Below, piece after piece: positions 46,026 to 64,000 of a stretch of 64,000 nucleotides of DNA. Source of the DNA: the human T2T-CHM13v2.0 reference genome, Homo sapiens; the NCBI RefSeq assembly GCF_009914755.1, contig NC_060939.1. The stretch is one strand, 5' to 3'. Under the pieces are notes generated by a model. It had not been told where the DNA came from. It made no database searches and worked only from the letters and a program-made list of their open reading frames with translations. Each line of letters begins with the position of its first letter. Position 1 is the first letter of the stretch. Position numbers and translations under genes: made by a program.

Positions 46026-49000
46026 CTGGTTTGGTTTCTTTCATCACACTCACCTAAGGCTACAGAAATATCCTTTGTAGTGTCATTTGATTGTATACAT
46101 ACTGGCAGAAGTCAAGAGGGAAGCTACTTGTTTTTTTGTACAACCCTGATGGACTATGGCCTATCCTACTCTGACATAAAACATTGCCAGAAGATTATCT
46201 TCTGGGACCCAGAAAAATAACTACTTGCTATTTATTATTACCCACTGTGCTGAGGAAAGCCCTAACATCTACAGAAATTACCAAAAACTCTGAAAGTAAT
46301 CCTTGATTTTGGGAATTGCTCAAAATTCAAGTTAACATGAAACATTTTAAAAGAATAAACTTTTATGCAAATAACCAATTTAGCTTGTTTATGCAAAACT
46401 GCTTTATCCAATCTGCATAAAAAGCCTGCTTAAGCACTGGAATGCCATTATGGTTGGCCATAATTAAGATTCTAACCAGGTATTTTTTGTATGTATAGTA
46501 ATTTCAGTATTTGTAATACTATATTAAATAACACGTGTATGATGCTTGCAAAATTGGAATTATTAGACTCAATGTATATATGAGGAAACTGAGGTTCAGA
46601 ATATTACATGAAAGTTCTTTCTAATCTCAAACAGCAAGTAAGAAAGTGAAGAAGCTGGGACACAATATCAGTTCTCTGACTCCATATTCAATGCATGGGT
46701 CTATTTCTCAAAAGATTTGCACTGAACTACATAGATGTGGGAAGAAAGATCAAGGATGTAGAAGGACACAAGAAATGAGGGGGAATATAAACTAAGATTG
46801 AAAGACAGTAGATGCAGAAACCTCTCTTCACCTTCCCAAACCACTTAATGGCCTCTTCCTAGCCTGGAAATGTAACTGCTATCTGTTTCACCTGGGCCTG
46901 GAATTGTGTGTGTTTGCTTGGTGTTTTCAACATGTTGACTGACCCTATGTAACAAGAGCACTCTGAAGATGTTTGCAGAAAGGCTGCCTGTATTTGCTAT
47001 AACATGTACTAGTTCTAGCAAAACACCAGGAATTGAGGAAAAGCCTATTGCCCATCAGTTTCCAGTATTAATGAAAAACAAACTTATTTCTATAAGGGGG
47101 TTGGGGGACATCCTGGTTTCATTTCCACCCAGGCACAGGAGTAAACAGCTTTCTCAAGGCAGTGACCCTCATCCACACAATGGCAACACTCTCAGCTTTA
47201 ACCCACATGTCTTGTGTCCAGGTCTTCTGCCTTCACTCTCAGGCACCCTGAGCCTCTCTGCTCTGACAGAGCCCTCATTTGATTTGCACACAGAACCGAG
47301 TTGAATGCACTCACTTATAGTTAGGACAATCAGAGAACATGGCTGCATTTTGAAGACTAAGAGAAAACTCTCAACATATACTCAATCCTCTGGATTCTTA
47401 GATGTTTACAAAGAAAAAGGGGACAGCCTTGTATTATTTTCCTAAAAAACATAGGCGATAGGAGACTAAAGCAGATTTCTTCCTTTTTCTTAAGAGAACG
47501 GCTTTAGTCTGAGAAAGGGTAAAGAAGTAACATCCCAGTAAATAAAAAAAAACAGCAACCTACTACTACCAACATGTATGAGGGCAGACTACGACTTCTG
47601 TATTAAGGGGAATGATGAATGTTTTCACATTATGGGAACCATTTTAAGCACAACCTTAAAATAGTGCTTTAGAGATAGGTGAAGACATCGAGAAATTTGT
47701 CTCTACACTTTAAACCTTTTCTCTCCCACAAGGATTTTTTAGTAAGAATATGTTTGTACTAGAGCTAAGAGAATGTGAAAGAAAATTTCTAGCCTTGAGT
47801 GTTGCTGCCACCTACATGGTGGGAAGACTACAAACAAAATCTAACACCTTTCAGACAGGCATCAGCTGCAGTATGTTTTCTATGAAAATGTACTTTAGAA
47901 ATCCCCAAATTTGTTTATTTACTTCACTATCCTGAAGGCATGTTAGTATTTGTTAGTTTCGCCTCATTTTCTATCTCAAATACTTGCAGACATTGGAGTA
48001 AATGGTTTTGCTTAGACTGGTGTGAATACACTGATTATTTGAAATAGAAGCCGATTCAAAGAATTCTTCCTTATTATAAAAAAATCCCAAGTGCAACTTG
48101 ATCCCCATAGCTATCTCTTAGGGAAAGGATGAAGGTTCTTAATCTCACTGTACTAGAGGTCCTCCCTCTTTCCTACCCTAGCAGATTCTAAAATACAAAA
48201 AAAAAAAAAAAAAAGAAAATGAAATGAAACATTGTTTCCTCAATTGATTATATAGTAACTATAAATTGATGCTAACGGGGATAACATAGATGTCACAATT
48301 CTTTTGATATAGATCAGAGAGGTTATTTCTGATAGGAAATGTAGTTGACAGTACAGAATTAACCAGAAACCTCTTTAAAAGCCTAAAGGAAACCTGTGAT
48401 ATGTCAAGAACATCACAGGCTGTCTTTTTATCTTGGAAGGCATCATCCAAGGCCACGATGCTGTTACTGAGGCTGTGTGAAAACACCTTCTCCCTAGAAA
48501 ATATACATGCAAGATCGAAAACCTGATTGATGACTTTACAGATAATTGCAATTAAAATGATTGCTAAGTGAATAAATGATGAGTTTTGGAAGCATGTGCC
48601 AACTAATTATTCCTATTACACAATGTTATGAATATTGGCGTTTTTCTGGCATGCACTTTGTAGATTTAGGCATAGTGTACTATGGACTAAATATGGACTA
48701 ATTATCTTTAGTGTTAAAAGCTTTGTATCCTTGAATAAAAATCATTGCTATTTTTCCAATAGCAGGATGCTGAAGACAAAAAAAAAATGACCCTAAAATT
48801 GATGTTAGGAAAATATGCTCTGTGCAATGAAAAATAGGCATTTGGAGGAACAATGTCAATGGAAGAATAAAATATGCTCCCGCTTCACTTCCGCCCTTGA
48901 ACTCCTCCTGGTTTTGTCCCTGCCAAGAGGGGAACCATTCATGTGGTCTCTTGACTGACCTCCCCACACCCCTTGTGGGGCTGGAGGTGGAGGCTGGGGT

Positions 49001-49280
49001 ACTGGTCTGAACTACTCTGTGTGAGAAGCCTTGCATATAACGGGTGCCTAATTTCCCTCAGTATACCTCTAGAAGTAGGCCATTTCGGATATCTTCATTG
49101 GTTTATGGCTTTAGTTTTCACATAGTATTACAATAACTATTATTTCTTACCATTCGCCTCATTATAATCATGCTTGTAATGATGCAATTGTCACAGTACA
49201 TTTACCTGCAGTGTGCTTTCTGGGGTAAAGGTGAATTTATCTTAGACTTAACAAGCAGAATCCAAGAGTAGGTGCTGGCA

Positions 49281-49331
49281 AAACACAACAAAACAAACAA
49301 AAAACAGTAATCAAGATAAATATATTTTAAT
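49281..49331 (-). terminator. Distal polyadenylation site (ATTAAA plus GU/U-rich downstream element)
   Basis: Minus ATTAAA at 49331-49326, followed by GTTTTTTGTTTGTTTTGTTGTGTTT (49305-49281). Confidence 0.7.
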
Positions 49332-50577
49332 ACAATATTTATAAAAATTAAATTACTGCAAAAACTCCACAACATCAACATTTTACATAAAGATGGTATC
49401 TGAGAAGGTCAAGATGAAGGTGAAAAGAGTAAAGGAGTTGTACTAGGACAGGCCTCCCATTAGACACATGCTGTCTTCCAGGGGTCCCAAATTGGATGGG
49501 TGTTTCCAGTGGCATGCTCTTACAGACAGACCTGTTAATTTCCAGTTTACCTTCTCCTACCTGCCATCTGTAGGCTCCTTCTTGAGCAAACTACAGTGCG
49601 AGGTGATCTGGGGACTATTGTACATGAAGCCATGCAGCTTTGTCTGAAAGATACCTACTCAAGTAAGTTTTAATTTTGCAACTCTTTTGGTTAAGCTAAT
49701 TTTTTAAAATTACAAAAAACACTAAGTATTATGCAAATGTTTACAAAGCAATGACTTTCTTAGGAAATTAAACACAACTTTTGGCACTTTACATATAAGA
49801 CAACATTTTGTGGAGAATAAAGGAGTCTATAACACCGCTTTTATATAACTGAGCAATCAAAATGTATGAATATAAAATTTAAAAAATTGAATGAGTCCAC
49901 TCTGTGAAAATAAGGCTTTAAAATCAGTTGGAATTAATGTAACCTGAACTTTCATTTTAAATACATGGCATAAAATTTAATTTTAAAATACTCAATTATT
50001 ATAATGTGCCCTCTAAGGATGGAAGAGAAATAGTATCTTTTCTAAAGTGTTCATTATAATAATTATGAAAGGATTTTAAAAATACAGAACACTGGAAAAA
50101 ATGTATGAGAAAAGAAATAAAAGTCACCAAATGCTATCATCTAAAGATAGAATATTAATATTTAACAAACTGTATTCTACCATTTTTCTAATACCATCAT
50201 GTTCAAAGCAGCCTTAATTTAGTTTCTAAAATAGTAACAGAATGTTTGATACCTGGGGCTACTTTTTAACTGTGTGTTTCTAACATTATACATTTTTCCT
50301 TATATTTGAAGTGTTTAATAGTGCTCACATTGCTTTCTAGCACCTCTGGATGAGCCCTGTGAGAAAGCTCTCCAACACAGGGGAGGGAATGAGGCTCTGA
50401 CAAGCACAGCAAGCACACACGGCCTGGACACGCTGCCGAGGAGCCTCTGCTTTTAACCCTCCAGGCTTTCCAGGTACTTTTTCCTGCAATATACAATGGA
50501 GCCAATGTGAAACTCAACAGCAAGTCAAAGAATCAAGGCTTGCAAATGAAAATATGATATTCCTTTGGGGGATATGC

Positions 50578-50680
50578 CATATATATATATATATACACAC
50601 ATATATATGTGTATATATATGTGTGTATATATATACACACATATATATGTATGTATACACACACACACACACACACACAC
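50578..50680. repeat. Compound (TA)n/(CA)n microsatellite in the distal 3'UTR; reads as a UG repeat in the mRNA
   Basis: Directly visible. Confidence 0.9.
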
Positions 50681-50715
50681 AAAAATACATTCATAAATAT
50701 CACCAAGATGATTAC

Positions 50716-50759
50716 CAAAAAAGAAACACAAGACAAAATTTTTAAATAAATTTTTTATT
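50716..50759 (-). terminator. Proximal polyadenylation site (AATAAA plus GU-rich downstream element)
   Basis: Minus TGTAATAAAAAA with AATAAA at 50759-50754, followed about 20 nt later by GTCTTGTGTTTCTTTTTTG (50734-50716). Confidence 0.65.
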
Positions 50760-51924
50760 ACAATGACAGGAAGACTCTGGATACAAACACATTTGCTAAT
50801 ATAATCACTCCACTGGTTACCTAGGCCTAGACGTACAAAAGGACACCCATATCTCATCAGGAGAAAGACAATTTTGAGTTTCTGGGTGTAGTACCAAGTG
50901 GTTATGATCACCACGTACGTGGTCTATCCAGTTAACTGTGTGGCAATTTGCTATTTCAAGTCCTCTCATAACAGAAATTACTGAAATATGTGGAACACCA
51001 GTCAATATAAAGAATTCATTTTTAAACAGACTAGTGAATTTGTGTCATAAACACACTTGCGTATGGATATTAGGAGAGCATTGCTTGAATATCTCTAAAA
51101 CTATTTTTAGGAATTAAAAGCTTTCATAGTTAATGGTATGATATTGGCCTTCAGAATTCATATTGATAAAAGCAAACCTTAGTCATTTAACAGGAATGTT
51201 TAAATTTTAGAGATTCTAACATGCGATGCCGAAAAATCCTAACATTTCCACTTAGTAATGTCAGGGTTGTGCCAGTTCTAATTTCCCATAGCTAGTAACA
51301 TCAGAAAATATTTATCAGAGATTCAATATTGGTTTCATTAGACCTGATAAATGCTAAGTATGGCAACTATTAAAACTTATTGTTATTCTTGTTTCTAAAA
51401 GGGAATAATAGGATGTAGCTATAAAAATAATGAAGCTTATTTTTCATAAACATATCATAACCTGAGCGTCCAAATAGATTTTAACAATTAAAAATGCCTC
51501 ATTTGAGAGGACATACACTTATTTGATATTGCCATTCTTCAAAATGCTTTTGGGAGTCCTTATAATGTCCTTGACAACTGGTATACAACAAGCAAGAAAA
51601 TATAATCCATCGCCTAACTTGCTACCTTCCTTTATTTTGAAACTTGTTTGAAGTGGCTTTTGACTGTTTCTAAAGGAGGGGGAATATATTTATCAATCAG
51701 TTTTCAAAGGATAATAATTTTCCATGATTATTCATATTAATGCTATGTTAGTTTCTAAACTTCAACTCAAATGTAATTTCAAGCAGTAAAATCATATTTT
51801 AGGAAACAAAGAATGCACACTTTAATCTACTTTAAGGGAGTCACACTCATTTGACATCTTTATCCTGGTATGTTTATTCAGATCATCATTAATTATAAGT
51901 TCCTTAAGGGTGCAGCCCACGTCA

Positions 51925-52294
51925 TTTCAATTACACAGTTCTCTTTTCTAATTTCCCCATCTCCTGTCTACTGCATCCCAGCATAAGACCTGAGGCTGGT
52001 CCCATGCTCAAAAATGTTTCTTTAATTGAAGTGACTTGAACTTCTCTGTTAGATACATACATAGATATAGCTATATATCATATATTTAATGCTTTATATC
52101 CCTTTTTCAATTATATAGTTCTCTTTTCTAATTTCCCCCTCTCCTGTCCACTGCATCCCACCATAGGACCTGAGGCTGCTCCTATGCTCAGAGATATGTT
52201 TCTTCAATTGAAGTGACTTGAACTTCCCTATTAGATACATAGATAGATAGATATAGCTATATATCACATATTTAATACTTTATATCCTTTTTTC
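51925..52294. repeat. Diverged tandem duplication, ~180-bp unit x2, in the 3'UTR (unit includes an L2 3'-end-like piece)
   Basis: TTTCAATTA(C/T)A(C/T)AGTTCTCTTTTCTAATTTCCCC starts at both 51925 and 52105, and the copies stay colinear to ...TTTATATCC(C/T)TTTTT. Confidence 0.95.
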
Positions 52295-53274
52295 TATGGA
52301 TTAGGCAATATTTATATACATAAGATATGTAGATTAATAATTTTGATGATTTTCTGTAAATCGAGGAACTGTACAATATAAATCATAGTAAATAGATCAC
52401 CAAAGGCTTTAATAGAAGAGCACTTTATGTCTATTCCTATTTATGCTGTTTGATATATTTCAGTTTTAGAATTCCTGCTAGTCAAGCTTCTTTCTGGGAA
52501 AAGACCTACAAGAGTTTATACTTAATAAGGATCAATTGTGATATGCTGTAAGTTGATTCCCCTTCCCTAGTTCACATCTATATGGCCAACAAGATCAACC
52601 TTGAGCTAAAGACATTAGCCTCAATGTCATTAGAAGTTCAAATTAACTCAACAGTACAAGGTTGGTCACTGTTATACTTTGTATCTCTTATTTGGGCTAA
52701 TTGATAACTAAATGGAACTGGGTATTTGTTGACAACATTTCATGCTTAGGGATGAGATTTACTGCAGTAATTGATCCGAATTAAAGCATATCCACTAAAA
52801 CAAAATATCCTAACCAGACAAATCAAAGTTGGTAAAATTTTAGATTAAATACCTTGAAGCAGTATTAAATTTGTAAGTAAGTATTGTGTACTACATTGGT
52901 TTTAACATTGTTTATTATATAATTCAGGGACTAAAAGGATAGGAGAAAATTTAAAGCAGTATTAAATTTGTGTCTGTGGACTGGCATTCCCTGTTGGAAA
53001 TATTAACAGAAAAAGTAAGAAACAGGAATAGAGAATGATCTAGGCAATATTTTTCTAAAATTAGATGAATATGAATATTTTCAATCAGTATGTATTGCAT
53101 TGTAATCAGCATGTATTAAAATCACTTTAATACATGTTGGCTAAAGTATTAGCAAATCCACTACAGCCTAATAACTTGACCAATAACAACAATGCTTTTA
53201 TACAGTAATAAACAAATGGCATCTTTTGGATTTCTTAATTTGTCCAAATTCAGCTCCTACTGATGAGATTCCAT

Positions 53275-53330
53275 TTAAGACACCTTGCAGGGGCAGACCT
53301 TTGCTATCCATGAATGATGCCTTGGCTCAC
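53275..53330 (-). CDS. WDR72: Coding part of the terminal exon of WDR72: (G)EPRHHSWIAKVCPCKVS-stop, ending in CaaX motif CKVS
   Basis: Minus strand shows a long pyrimidine tract and TTTTTTCCTAG| acceptor (AG at 53332-53331), then GT GAG CCA AGG CAT CAT TCA TGG ATA GCA AAG GTC TGC CCC TGC AAG GTG TCT TAA (56 nt, stop 53277-53275). Not in the ORF track because it is too short. Confidence 0.85.

Positions 53331-64000
<10,670 letters not shown>

Larger units (their letters stand above)
49305..53274 (-). other. WDR72: ~4 kb 3'UTR of WDR72 (distal end approximate)
   Basis: Follows the stop codon, is AT-rich and poor in young repeats, and ends at an ATTAAA signal with a strong GU/U-rich downstream element. 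Confidence 0.75.

Noticed and set aside
52860-52964. Two miR-200b/c/429 8mer sites (CAGTATTA) as WDR72 targets
   Set aside because: They are on the plus strand; the mRNA is minus-strand.

Overview
Primate (very likely human) AT-rich, repeat-dense genomic DNA. The only host gene supported is the 3' end of a minus-strand gene. It has a 105-nt penultimate exon (58796-58900) and a terminal exon starting at 53330, which together encode ...[52 protein letters not shown]. From memory this matches the C-terminus of WDR72, ending in the CaaX box CKVS. A ~4 kb 3'UTR follows, with two poly(A) sites. Positions 1-49.3 kb are downstream intergenic DNA made of Alus, L1s (including a twin-primed 5'-inverted L1PA2), L2, L3, MIR, MaLR/ERVL LTRs, DNA transposon relics and microsatellites. 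Almost all ORFs in the supplied track are spurious or repeat-derived. I see no new multi-gene system. The best leads are RNA-processing features that could switch the CaaX tail (a regenerated recursive 5' splice site and an open read-through/intronic-polyA tail), the tandem APA architecture, a 180-bp 3'UTR duplication, and a near-perfect 60-nt L2-derived hairpin. Gene and repeat names come from recall, not database searches.
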